Of a stretch of DNA of 64,000 nt, positions 51,490-64,000 are shown in pieces. Source of the stretch: Raillietiella orientalis (taxonomy: Eukaryota); the NCBI GenBank assembly GCA_036172245.1, contig JAYWIR010000003.1, positions 4,712,001 through 4,776,000 of the forward strand. Reading direction: 5' to 3'. The number at the start of each line of letters is the position of its first letter. Within the stretch, counting starts at the first letter, position 1. The notes under the pieces were generated by a model, which saw only the letters and a program-made list of their open reading frames with translations, was not told the DNA's origin and did not search any database. The position numbers were made by a program, and so were the translations under genes.

Positions 51490-52732
51490 CTGCTGCTCCT
51501 CTTGTTTGCTCTCGTTCTCGGGAGGATCACACTGCTCCTGCGGCTTCTTCTCGTCGTCGGCAGACAGCTCCCGGTAGAAATTCAGGGGAGCATCCTCCGT
51601 GCTGGGGGATTCCTGCTCCTCGCGGATCTGGAGACGAGGCGAGTCCCCCCCGCTCTCGTCGGAGAAGCCGAGGCCGGGAGGAGGCTGGACTTCCACTTCG
51701 AACAGGGAAGGAATTTTGGGGGATGACGGGCGCACTATGCCATCGTCCTCTGCTTGCACTCCCTCCCGGCGAGAAGGAGTGCCGCTGCTTTGTGGTTCTT
51801 TGGGAGCGCTCTCCAGATATCGCAACAGCGCGGTACGAGTGGCATCATTGAGTGGTGTATGTGAGAATTTGCACTTGTCGTCCTGGTAACACTTTGCACC
51901 TGTGTGAAAGAACTTGCAGGGGAAGTCGCCGTGCATGTACAGGCACTTTTCGCGCTTGGCACAACAGTCCTGCAAATAAAACTTGCAGAGCTCCATTTTG
52001 CGTTGTACCAGACCCTCGTGTAAGTATGGGCAATTATCTTTCTTTTGGCACTTTCCCTCCAGGAAAAACTTGCATATGGCCGTCCGGTTAACGCCTGGGG
52101 ACGCATCTTTTTTGCGCTTCTTGTTCCGCCGGCTGCTGGCGATGGAACGTTCTTTGCCACGTTTCCTGACAACCGAGAAGCTCTCTCTCTCTTCGGATTC
52201 GCGAGTTTCCGGCGCCGTGGCTCGCTCCTGCTTCGATCCTTTCGGAAAAAGACACACACGCACGCACACGCATCCCGGAAACACCGCACACGCGCAGGGG
52301 GGCTTACCTTCCGAGTTGAGGGCGTCCTTGAGCAGGAGGTCGAACGGGGTCGGGGAGTTGACTTCCATGGGCGAGAGACGTCCATCGAGGAACAGAGTGC
52401 TCTCTATGCTGTCCAAGTCGCGATACCCGGTGGTCACTCGTTCTCGCTTGTGGTGCCTTCGCAGCTTCGCCTATGCAACGGCAATCGTCGCACATGGAAA
52501 GCAAAAACATTTCTGATGAAATACCTTGCGTTGGCATCTATCGTTATCATCCGGTCGGTGGTGATGGCGTCTCTTCTTCTTGTGCTCTTTTCGTTCCTTT
52601 CCGTTCTTTCCGGGTAGCCCATCGCTGTTCGAAATCACTTCCTCCGCATCTTCTATCTCACCTTCTTCCAAATCTTCTCTACTATCATCTAAATTAAGAC
52701 TATTGCTCATATCCTTCGCATCACACTTATCC
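50110..52732 (-). CDS. ZC3H4: Zinc finger CCCH protein, ZC3H4/ZC3H6 / Suppressor of sable orthologue (Restrictor subunit)
   Basis: Three tandem CCCH fingers (CKFFLEGKCQKKDNCPYLH; CKFYLQDCCAKREKCLYMH; FPCKFFHTGAKCYQDDKCKFSH), an N-terminal DLEEGEI motif, poly-Q, WYSSEED, DxDLR repeats and several DPR motifs. Exons 52732-52525, 52470-52308 and 52238-50110 have GT-AG boundaries in matching phase. Confidence 0.9.
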
Positions 52733-53048
52733 CTGCAGAAACCATAAAAATTTATTGCTCCCTTCTTTTGTATCCATGAATATATATATGTATAGAAGAT
52801 ATAACACATACACACGCCCGCACGCACACACACGTCTGTGTATATGTACACACTGAATCCATATTTGTATACAACTGGTGAATCGTGACTTTCAGGTGTT
52901 TTACTTGCTTTGTATCGTGCAGCAGCGTGTATGATGCAAGTAAGCGGATGTACTTTCAATATTCAAAATTCATTAACCTTTGACGAAATCTAACCATACT
53001 TTTTTCTTTTTTTTTTTTTTTAAAATCAACAGCATTAGAAACTATTTG

Positions 53049-53051
<3 letters not shown>

Positions 53052-53079
<28 letters not shown>

Positions 53080-53124
53080 TCGAAAAAACAAAATATTGGA
53101 AGAAGAAGAAGAAGAAAAAAAAAA
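53052..53124. repeat. (AT)n and (AAG)n/An microsatellites
   Basis: Directly visible, inside the presumed ZC3H4 first intron. Confidence 0.85.
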
Positions 53125-55159
53125 AGCACAATTACTGCAAAATTAAGAAGCACATCAAACATCCCGTCATTCATCGGGAGGACGAGGAGGCACACCTATT
53201 GCGACGATTTGCTACGCCGTTGTTGTTTTCTTTTCCTTTCTTAATGGAGCGCATTACTCGAGTATGTATTCACAGATATACGTACACATATGCGTATAGA
53301 TGCGCCCGCGAACCGCATCGACTTTCCGGTGTCCAATCGCCAGTCTATCAACTACAACGTGAAGGCCGCGACTCGAGAATCTTCTCTACTGCACGCGCCG
53401 CTTCTATCGCCCCCTTCTACGGCTACACGCGCGGAACGCATCTCCGACACAACGACGTGACCGACCAGCCGGGGAGGAGGGGGAGGGGGAGGAGGAGGCG
53501 GGGGAAAGGGGGGGGGGGCTCGGAGCCGTGCCGGGTGGGAACGCCACCTGCACGCGTCGGGCGCCACACGTCGGTGCGGAAGGGGGGGGGGGAGGAAGGG
53601 GGGGGGAACCGCTTCCCTTCCTTCCTTCCTTCCTTTTCTTTTCTTTTTTTTTTTTCTTCTTCTTCCTCTCCTTTCTTTCCCCCCTCCCCCGCTTCGCCCT
53701 CTCTTGAAAACAAAGCGCCGCCGGAAACACGCAGGCGGGCAGCACGTTGCGACAACAATACATCGCGAGCACTCCGTTCGCATTGTTGCGGCGACGCACG
53801 ACGACGGAAGGGGACGCGCGCGCGCGCTCGTTACGCGCGCGTACCGACGCCATTCGAGACTTCCGACACGAAACGCACTATCCGTTCCCAACCGCAAACG
53901 CGCACGTTTTTTTCCTTTTTTTTTTTTTTTTTTCTGCCTTTTTTTCTTTTCTTTCTTTCCTTCTCCCCCCTTTTTCCTTCTCTCTCTCTCTCTCTCTCTC
54001 TTCCTCTCGAGAGAAGGAGAGGGGGGCAGGGGAGGGGGGGGGGGGCAACCGTCAAACAATCTGTGTGCTCGAATAAACATACGTCCTCATATGCCCAACT
54101 GAACAGCATCTCCAACCGTATATAAATATATGTATGGATACAAAAGCACCAATTCTGCAAATACATACATATAGATATATATATATATATACATGTACCT
54201 GTATCTGTCTATCCACCCATCTATCTACAGAATGACTATGTGACCTTAAGTTTTTCTAAGTCAAAAGTTCTGTTGGAACGATCTACTGAATTTTACAAAG
54301 CTAGGCATGCAAATACACTTGTATCATCGTCATCATCATCGTCATCTTTGGCAAACTTGGGGGCGTTTTTCTGCTTTTTTTTTTTTCTGTTTGGAACATG
54401 AAAACTAGGATTGTTCGACAATAAACCTACATCCAAGTCACTCACGGGCATTGATAAACACTTATACTTACATTAGAAAGCATTATGCACTACCGTTTAT
54501 AAATATAAATGCTATTAATTAAAATGAATTAATTTATTTATATATAATGCACTTCCTCCGTTCTGCTTAGCGTATAACGCTGCTTCCTGCACGCAAGCAT
54601 TTCGTAAGCAGTCTTTGCGATCCACCAATAGCAGCGGCGGAATGAATAGAACATAATTACACATCCGCTACGAGGCTAGCAAAATCGATAAGAATACCTT
54701 TCGGCGTAGCATCCATCGCAAGCAATTCTTTGGCATAAACCAAGTGTACCTAAGCATCCGTTCTCTCGATCCCTGTAATATCTCCATGAAAACTAGTTGT
54801 ATCTGAAACTTTTTTTTTTGTTGTTGTTGTTTTTTTCTAATCTTCCCCTACGATCTTTGAATGATACTCCCTCCGTCTAAAAAAAAAAAAAAAAAGCGTT
54901 TACGTGGATGGAAAAACACTCTGTAAGGGCTGCGTACACCTTGGCGCGAGGGAAAATTCGTTAGGTTTAACATACAACATAAAAAGTCACTGCCACCTTG
55001 AGTGTGAATATGCTGTTTCAGTTGAGTTTTGTATTGAGACGACGGTACGTTTCGCTCTTTCCCTCTTCACGACTCTCACTGCAATGGCCGCCGTGAACGC
55101 TGGGAACAAAGAAGTGGTGACGTCATACAAGCTTTCGCATTGAACTTTCCCAATGCGAG

Positions 55160-55275
55160 ATTTTTTTTTTTTTCTTCTTCTTCTTCTTCTTCTTCTCTCT
55201 TTCCCCCTTCTTCTTCCTTCTCTTCCTCCTCCCGTTCCTCTCTTCTTCTCCTTCTTCCTCTCTCTCTCTCTCTCT
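55160..55275. repeat. Polypyrimidine simple-repeat block: Tn, (CTT)n, (CT)n
   Basis: Directly visible; it generates the spurious E/R/K-rich ORFs on the minus strand. Confidence 0.85.
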
Positions 55276-56114
55276 GTGCCACTCTTTTCGGACGTGGCTT
55301 GCGAAACGAAAATCCTCGTGAGCCCTGCCGCGTTCCCTTCCTGCGTCGCCGCCGCCTCTCCTGGATGGGGGGATGGGGCGGGGAGGGGGCAACTTCGTGG
55401 GAGCGCGCGACGACAACTTCCCGACCTCTGTATACTCCTTCCCCACATGCTCCTCCGACCGGGAACGTCGTACGTACAAAACACGGGCAGAGCGATTTTT
55501 CCCTCCGATGCGGGAGCGCAGATCGGCGCCGTAAACGTCGAGATCGAATCAATATGGGATTGAACAGTCACATCATGCAAACGGAAAAAAAAAAAAAAAT
55601 AAATAAAAAAAAAAAAAAAAGGAAGGAAGGAGACGAAAAATCATATTCCGAGCACACAGGGAGTGCCCAACAAAACATAAAAGTTAAAAAAACAAGCGCT
55701 TATCTACTTATGGGTAACATTCCTACGAACTGCTGAATGTAAAAGGGGGGTAGTGGTCACGCCTTGGCTGATGATGGATTTCCATTTGTGCGATTCACAT
55801 TTTCCAATCTTGAAATTTTTGGGAGCAGTCAAAACTGAACTGTTCGGTTTCCTCTCTCTCTCTCTCTCTCCCTCTCTCTCTCTCTCTCTCCCCCTTTTTT
55901 TTTTCTTCCTCCTCTCATTTACAAAGGCGATGTGAAATTTTTGCAAAATTCACGTTCATTTCTATCATATCTACTAATTTATATATATCACACGTGATAT
56001 CCAAGGCGAGAATGTCTACAACCCTACCATGGAGATTGGTGAAATAAAGCAGAAGAAAATTTTTACCTAGGGTATTCCTACTATCTATTGCACAAATACG
56101 AACACTGCATGTAC

Positions 56115-56182
56115 CCAGGCATGGAAATCTGCAATGAGTCGCTTCCTTCTTCGGTTATCCGCTCTTCTCTCTCTCTCCCCAT
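56115..56182 (-). CDS. Candidate first coding exon of the ZC3H4/su(s) gene (MGREREERITEEGSDSLQISMPG)
   Basis: ATG in an AAAATGG context just downstream of a CTTCCG motif. The phase-2 donor (GG|GTACAT, weak) matches the phase-2 acceptor at 52732. The alternative is a start at the internal ATG 52710. Confidence 0.4.
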
Positions 56183-56498
56183 TTTAAAAGTAGAGCCGAG
56201 CGGAAGATACGCTTAATGAAATTAATGGAAACGCTTTGAGCTACGGCTTCAAAATGCTTGGAATTTTTGCGAAAATTCATTTTCTCAAGGTGCCCCTGGT
56301 CGGCTACGTATCACATATCTTTGCCACCACGTGTGAGAAAATGCAAGCCTGCTTGGACGAACAACATGGTGGGAAAAAACCAAACAGCAAAAAAAATAGA
56401 AAAATAAAAAATAAAAATAAAAACAAAAAATGGACACAATAGAAAACACACACACACACACACACACGTATATATAATCTCTTGAAATGAATCACTAT

Positions 56499-56518
56499 TT
56501 TATTCATAAACATTTATT
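56499..56518 (-). terminator. Tandem polyadenylation signals of SPT5
   Basis: AATAAA on the minus strand at 56513-56518 and 56499-56504, followed downstream by a (GT)n tract (56446-56467) resembling a GU-rich downstream element. Confidence 0.6.
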
Positions 56519-56529
56519 GACAACTGATT

Positions 56530-59500
56530 TTATGTGCTCCCCATTTTACACAGGTGGCGTAGCTGCAACATTTTTACCTCTCCCGGATACAATTCTACCA
56601 GGCCATCCAATTGATCAATAGCGATGAGTCGTCCGGTCTGCTCCTTGTCATCTCCAAAAATCACCTTGACTTTATCTTCTTTTCGCGGTACGACAGGTTC
56701 CAAAAAATCCACCAAAATATTGACTACTCGCTCCTGTTTGAGTAGGTAGACAGAGCACATGCCACCCTTTGAAATACACGTAAACATTCATCCAAATCAT
56801 CTGCCGGCTCACATTAACACTGCGAATTATGCCATGTTGGTTTCTCAACGAGGAATCTGAGCACGTATCGCGAATCAAAACTTCGATATCCGTGGTGTGC
56901 CATTCTTGCATGTGCAGGGGTTCCATGCCTTCCAAAAATCCAAGAGCATTTTGCAACACTTACATTGCTCATTACCTGTGCCAGGTGTGTGAGGATTATA
57001 AGCCGATGGAGTGCTTGGGGTCATAGGACTATAACCTAAGGGGGAAGGAGTGCCATAGGCCGATGCCACAGATGGCTGAATGTTTCCCACAGGACTTGGA
57101 CTTGGGGCATAAGGAGAGGGACTAGGAGAATTTGCTAAACAATCCAGATGATCAATTTTCTTCCCTTCATCTTACTCTGATATCCAGGAGATGACGGTGT
57201 CGGCTGATAAGGAGAATACGGTTGCTCTGAGCCGTAAACATTTCCAGGAGTCTGTGGAGTAAAGGGACTGTGCGAGTCAGAAGGACGATAGCCTCCTGGT
57301 GTACTAGGATTATAAAGTGGGGAGGCTGAGGGATCATCAAAATTGAAGTCATCAAAGTCATGACTTCTGGATGGAGTATTAGTAACTGTGGGATCCCAGG
57401 CACCTCCTTGTGCTGGTGTTCGAGAACCATCATGGGAAGGTGTCATGCTACCATAATGGGGAGTACGGGATCCTAAATGATTCTGGTCAAGACTCTGTAA
57501 ATCCGATTCCACGAAACCTACCATCATATTGTGGAGTCTGGGAACCATACATCGGAGTACGTGCACCAGCATACAGAGGTGTCTGGCCAATATAAGAGCT
57601 TTTCTGATACGCAGATACGCTGCCAACACTCTTATTTTCGCCAACAATGGCTATATGAGCACAATTCACTGAGATTGTCTGACAAGAACTATGTAGCTCA
57701 ACTCTAGCGGTTCCCTCAGCAGCATCTTTCACGATTCCTACATGATCTGGAAAGAGAAACATTTATGATGCACACCAGGAAAAACTCCTCACTTTTAAAT
57801 GGCCCCTGAATAATCTTGATCGTCTGTCCAATCAGTTCACGATCCTTTCGATTCATACCACCTCTTCCTGTTCCCCCTCTACCCCTTGGTGCTACAGTAT
57901 GAGCAGAAATGCGTGGGGACATAAATCCCAAATTGGCACCTAATCCCAAGGTACTGCCACTAGTGACCTGGCACATTGGATGTAGTTCAGTTTCTCAACA
58001 ATACTTACTTTTCCTCCCCCAGCCAACACCAGATGACGTGTACGACACACAAAGATGCCTCCATTTTCCACATAGGTACGGTTGTGCAAAAATGCAAAAC
58101 TACGATACAAATGTTTAATAGTGCCTTGGTGGCCTGAATGTGGTCCATCAATTGCTTTCACTATATCTCCCACTTGGATACTATTTGATTCACTATCCAG
58201 AGCAACTGCATGCGGAGAACTACGCTTTTTTTGCAGAGATTGTGGCTTGACCATTAGCACACGACCATTCATACTAAGCACATGAAAATGCTCCTTTTCC
58301 AAGCGTACAATCATGCCAACTGTCTGTGGACTGCTGACAGTCAGTATATCCTTACTAAGCAATCTACTCACTCAAGCTGAACAAGATCACCCCACTGAAA
58401 TTGTCCTAAGCTATCAACACCTGTGGCCATTTCACTGCACAATTGCAAGTCACGGGAAAGTACTTTCAGCTCATGCATAGTTAAATCCGAAAAAAGCACC
58501 ACCATGTTTTCTTCCACTCGAACAATTAATCCCGTATCTCCTTCATAACGACCACTCAGCACCTTCACATGGTCTCCCATTTTGAAAAACTTTTTAAGCT
58601 CATGAGCTTGAAATTCCAATGCATCCTGTTGACATGTAAGGTACACAACAAACACGCGAGTAAAATCACCTTGAGCTCTTCATGTTTAGGCAACACAGTA
58701 ACTTTACTTCCATCTACAGCTATAACTTTTCCTTGAAGATGGATCAGCTCTCCTTCACATACTTCAACAACATCGCCTGTTCCTAAATTATGTCCCGTAT
58801 CTTCCCGCTTCAAACCAACATCCATCTCCACTCCCTCAGGAGTCTCTTCGAACTTTTCTAATTCGTGTAAGGTAGGCTGCACACCTAGCACCAGGATTGA
58901 ACTTCGACTTTCTTTGTTACCATATACCTACCATCCACACAAATAGCATTCATCACGAAACTTTTATATAAAAAGCCTTTGCGTGAGTAACGATTGCCTT
59001 CAAATATTAGAAAATCTCCGTCAGTGGTCACTTCTCCACCAACAGCTCTAATGGCATCAACGTCAAACAACTTGGCAACAGGCCTCTTCATCAGTCGTCT
59101 GCGCTTCCCCAGATCCTACACACATGCCATTATTCAAATACCATAAAACATACTCCTAAATACATTAGATGAGCGCAAAGCTCCTCGTGGTCGTGAGTAG
59201 TCAATGCGAGGAATAAGTTTGAGATGTACGGTGTTTTGGGCTGTGTCTACATAATCGACTTGGGCAATATCATCCTTGTAAAGTCCTGAAAACAACCTTG
59301 CAGCTACACGCTTCCCTCAAATACCTCTCTTTAATCTGACCCACGATTTAGGTTTAAGAGCACTCTGCTCTTTGATGACTCGCAGGACATCAGTCATCTC
59401 TTTGATAGGGACCATCTATGAAAGAAACAAAAAGCATTCAATCTTTGTGCGGTTAGTGACCAAGAAGAAAAGTACCTGTTGGGACCAAAGTCCAATTTTT

Positions 59501-60621
59501 AAACTGCCCACGCCTTGGATAATTTGCTTGACATGTGTTTGTTTGTAAGCTTCAATGTAAACATATCCTTTAACACCTTCAGGTACAATCACCGACTTGA
59601 TCTGTAGGGGTTGATCTGAATACTGATAAGCAATGAATTTGCGCATCAATTGAAGGAGAGTCTGCTTTTCTTCTCCTAAACGACACTTGACCATCCACAA
59701 ATTAGGATCTTTCACTCCAGGCAAGAGAGTCTGCTGTGTGATCTCATCAGACATATCCTCTCCACCTTCTCCAAAATGATGAGCTGAAGATGTTTCATCA
59801 GCATACTTTCTTTTAAAGTATTCTTCGATTTCGTTTTCATTTTGCGCACTAGAAGTTCCTGGCGTATTACTTCGAAAAAATTAAAATTTCAGACTACTTA
59901 CTCCCACATTATTTGCTGCCTACGATGGCTCTCAATATCTCTGGCAGTGGGGCCATCTTCTCTTCTTGTTTCAGCTATTAAGTCTTCAGCCCCTTCCTCC
60001 CAGTCTTCGTCATCTTCTATCTCATCATCTACTTCAGCTTCATCAATTATGAAACCACCATAAGCTCCTTTTCTTCGTTTTCTATGTCTCCTGCTATCTT
60101 CTTCATCCTCATCGTCCTCATCTTCATATTCTTCCTGTTACACAATAAGAAATGGTAATAAAGACTGGAATTTACAACAAAAATGTAATAATTGGCAATG
60201 ATTCATTACAAGCACCCTTATCACTTATGTATGTAGTAGCTACTTCATGATGGGAGCTTCCTGTCACTCGATTACTTCTTTTATAAACATTGAAATGGAA
60301 TATTGTATTAAAGGAGGAATGGATATTTTCGAAACAAGGTACCAGCTTTTACTTTTCACCAAATTTACCTAAATGATACCATAACAGATTCATACTTTAT
60401 TTGCAACATTACTATTCCTTCTAATGAACACTTCAAGGGGAATCATACTGCTATTCTGGTAAAACTCTATAAACTTTCATTTTTATTTTTCGATAATGTA
60501 AAAAACCACTGAACGCAGAGCACTTGAAATCTTAAAGTTTTGATAAATCAAACAATGGTTTACCTCTTCCTCCTCCTCTTCATTTCTCACAGATCCTTTA
60601 TCTGAGTCTTCCTCATAATTT
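56530..60621 (-). CDS. SUPT5H: Transcription elongation factor SPT5 (DSIF large subunit); 5'-partial
   Basis: Acidic N-terminus ([13 protein letters not shown]...WEEGAE), NGN domain ([24 protein letters not shown]...[16 protein letters not shown]), KOW motifs ([48 protein letters not shown]), C-terminal repeats ([23 protein letters not shown]) and terminal KOWs ending LCKMGST* at 56530. Many ~45-55-nt GT-AG introns. The most 5' exon seen is 60621-60564, and no start exon was found up to 64000. Confidence 0.96.
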
Positions 60622-63600
60622 CTGAAAAATTAAATGCAAGATTTTGAAAAAAAGATATTGAATCGTGCATACTTATATATACTTATATATTCTTTTGAAA
60701 TCGGAAATAATATACTTTAAACGGAGTATCAACATTTCTTAAAATTTATTCATAACTTAGAAGAGTTCAGCAATTTATTTATTCAAAGGTTGATTTCCTA
60801 ATTTCTCTAATAACAGAGAAAAAACAATGGTTTAGTTATGATGATGTTCAACTTTAATGTGAGAAAATTAGCTACATCATGTATTAACTACAAATTAGAT
60901 CCCTGTTTTTTATTGTTTATTCATAAACAGAATTATAAGAACACTTAATAACAAATCCCAAACCTAAATGAATTCTAAAAATTCATGACAAAAACATTTT
61001 CATGTACATCAAATTAGTACACTTATGCCTCTAATTTCACATCTACACATCTAACATATTGTTCTGTGTGTCAGCGGTGGATTTATGTGCATTATATCCA
61101 CAATTTACAACATTCTACTGATGAAGCAATTGAGGAGGGATATGTATTGAAAATCGCCCTAAAATACGGAGACTAGTTTTGGTTTTCGGAAAACAAAAAC
61201 AAGAGGAGGACAAGCAGAATGCAATACAAAAATAAAACAGGCACAAAAATTGGTCTCAGATATCTTGGAAAGGGAAGATAATTTCCAAATGAACATGGCC
61301 ACCATATTATTTTACATGAAAAAATCAAACATATTTAAGACGAGAATATGCTTCTTTTGTTTGTAGAGTTTAAATTTAGCAGCTGATTTCAGCTGAAGCG
61401 TCTGAGCAATCATCAAGAGATAAATATGAACACAATGCAAGAGTGCTGCCCTAATGACACAAACATGCAAGAATAGAGAGCATATTGAAACGAGAAAAAA
61501 AAATCATGCATTATTATATTACCAAATTACTAGTTTACAAGATTCACTTTTAAGGAAATATGAAAATACATTCAAAACTTTTCAGATTATGAAATAAATA
61601 CATGCACACTACTTACTATTTTTTACATTGATAGAATAAATGTTCCAGTTTTAAAAATGAACAGAATCTTTGAAAACCACACACAGAAGCACAAACAAAA
61701 CAAAACAAAATTCAATTACTTCAAAATTAATTAAAAACCTTTGGGATTGGTTATTTTACATTGCAGCATTCAAATCCTCAATATAGAGATTGGATACTGA
61801 GAATCACAGCAATGTAAAGTACTCCCTTTTTCAGTTATGCCAAAATTTGGAAGTTGCAACTTTACTGCATATTTACTGTTATAAGTTTCAAGAGATATCT
61901 GATGTCATAAAAATCTTAAGAATACAGAAGTATAGTATACCAAAATGGATGTACTCCAACTTTCCAAATAGATCATTAAACAGTCCTTCACTAAAAATAC
62001 ATAGTAAGAAATAAAGCTAAAGAGCATCTGCTCTTCACATGATGAAAGGTATATATTTCCAAGTGAACTATGAATAAGCAAAAGATCGACAATGTACGAT
62101 CTTGAACTGCACACTCCTTAAACCTTACTGAACTGGACATTCCAATTTTATTTTAATTTAAATTCAAGACATCCTTAGTCTGATATTGGTTAAAATGAGT
62201 TTGTCTTTTTCCAACCATACCAACCATAATTTAACCTCAAATATGGAACCCATTATCAGGGATAACAACAAGATGGAAAGACATTCTAACACTGAAAGAG
62301 TTTCAATCATAGGATCTCACCACTTCCTGTATTCTTTGGACTTTTAAAAATCTTGAAAACAATATTGAAACCCTATGCAAAATAGTCGTACAGTACATCA
62401 TAAAAAAGTATCAAAAAATTATGATGATAAACCAACTACTGTGATGCACAGCTACATGCTTATTGTATAAAAATTTTAAAATTTACAAAGAATTAAGCAA
62501 TGTAATGAGTATAATGAGTACACACAGAACCACATGAATACTTCAATGCACTCCTTTGCATTGTGTTCTGTGTCAATATTCTTTGTAACTGATAGAACAT
62601 AACAGCAGTAAATAAATGTACAAATCTCCAAGTTCAGCAAGGATACTGAATTCAATTTCACAGTTAAGGCCATTAATAAAAACATAACCAAATAACTTAA
62701 AACCTAATAAATGAATTAATTGGATTCCAATCAAACACTGACTGGAATTGACTGTTTTCACCAATTTGATTTCAACACAACAAAGCTTGATTGTGTGTGG
62801 TTGGAAATTTATGAATACTTTAAAGCTGAAAGATTCTGATTTTCTTATATGTTACTTTAACTTTTGTACATACACGTTTAGTTCCCTACACTAACACATT
62901 AACAACTGTTCCTCTTGTGGAAACTCCAGGATTTTTCAAATTACAGTGACATCAACACCACATCTGCACCAATACAGAGGATGGATTGGACTTAGATTCA
63001 CTAATGTTACGAAGTTACAAAAAGTAACGAAGAATTCAGTAAAGTTATAATTGAAAACTATAATAATTAGCTTAAAACTTGGAAATTTAGTAGTCAGTAA
63101 CATGTCTGTATTGTTTCCTGTCGAAAATGTACAGTTATATGGTGCAAATTAATTTTTTTGAATAATCCATTTTTTAATCAAAGTAACAATAACACGAAAC
63201 TTGCAAACTGCACTTATTGATTGTGCAAAAGCAAATCTTATTCCAACATATTAAAAATTATCTTTTCAGTTACTGATTTCTCTTACAATGATTACTCTGG
63301 TGTTTGGGAATATCTTACACATATTCTTGTTATTGTTTTTACTTTGCATCAGCAGTTAAGAAAATCGAACCATGAGCAAAAAATCAATGTGTATGTGTCT
63401 TCAAGCAAATCTAATTTGCAAACTTAGCATTCTGCAAACAAAAAAAAATGAAAAGAAAATATGCAACTCCACAAAGGAGTTGTATAGCACTAAGCAGTTT
63501 TTCAAAGCTTCTGGCAATTCAACATGTGCACTAGATTTCCAAAATTACTATTGAGATACAGTGATACAATAGAAATGCAAAAGAAATTTTAAAGCAATCT

Positions 63601-64000
63601 TTTTGCACATCAATTAGCCAGTTCATAATCTTTAGCATAACTGACATCACTCAAATGAACTCCTAGTATGTTTTCAAGAACCCTGCACATGCTAACTAGA
63701 TACTGTTAAAGCCTGAAGCCAAGTGATATTCTAAAAAAACAAAAAACCAACACATCAAATACATAAATAGCTTGCAGTCAATGCTAAGACTGATACTGAT
63801 AAGTAAACTCAATTAAGCTGCACAAAATTATAACCAATTATGAAAGTAATACGACAAAAGCTTTGCATGTCTCCAATGCCCAAGCAACTCTTGAACACAT
63901 TTTGAAAACAATCTATTACGAAAACTTCTCATAAGCTAACAAATTTAGCATTCATGAAACTTATGCATCGAAAAATTCGCAACTTCCACAGAAGCAAATG

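Noticed and set aside
54600..54725. Short inverted pairs (TTGCGAT/ATCGCAA, GCTACG/CGTAGC) in the presumed ZC3H4 intron
   Set aside because: Stems of 6-7 bp are expected by chance, and no snoRNA box arrangement was recognised.
52980..55950. Lys/Glu/Arg-rich or Phe/Ser-rich ORFs up to 381 aa
   Set aside because: They are translations of microsatellites and homopolymers.

Overview
Eukaryotic (metazoan) genomic DNA, most likely arthropod, judged from the arthropod-like SPT5 and Su(s)-type sequences; the species cannot be determined from the window. Four spliced protein-coding genes are supported. (1) A class IA PI3K regulatory subunit (p85-like) on + with an extended C1-SAM-C1-RhoGAP-nSH2-iSH2-cSH2 layout (10443-21250, 5' end not found). 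(2) An ATRX/XNP SNF2 remodeller on - (about 28108-33028) with no ADD domain visible. (3) A ZC3H4/Suppressor-of-sable CCCH protein on - (50110-52732, candidate first exon 56115-56182). (4) SPT5 on - (56530-60621, start probably beyond the window), lying head-to-tail just upstream of ZC3H4. Between them are decayed non-LTR retrotransposon pieces, microsatellites and many long G/C homopolymers. CpG-rich and CpG-poor blocks alternate. Almost all other ORFs in the track are artefacts of GC-rich or simple-repeat sequence. I found no clearly new biological system. The best leads are the SPT5-ZC3H4 tandem, the p85 architecture and its iSH2 substitutions, the apparently ADD-less ATRX with a CxVxL motif, a ~220-nt multi-stem foldback at 43.8-44.0 kb, and 38-54-nt introns.
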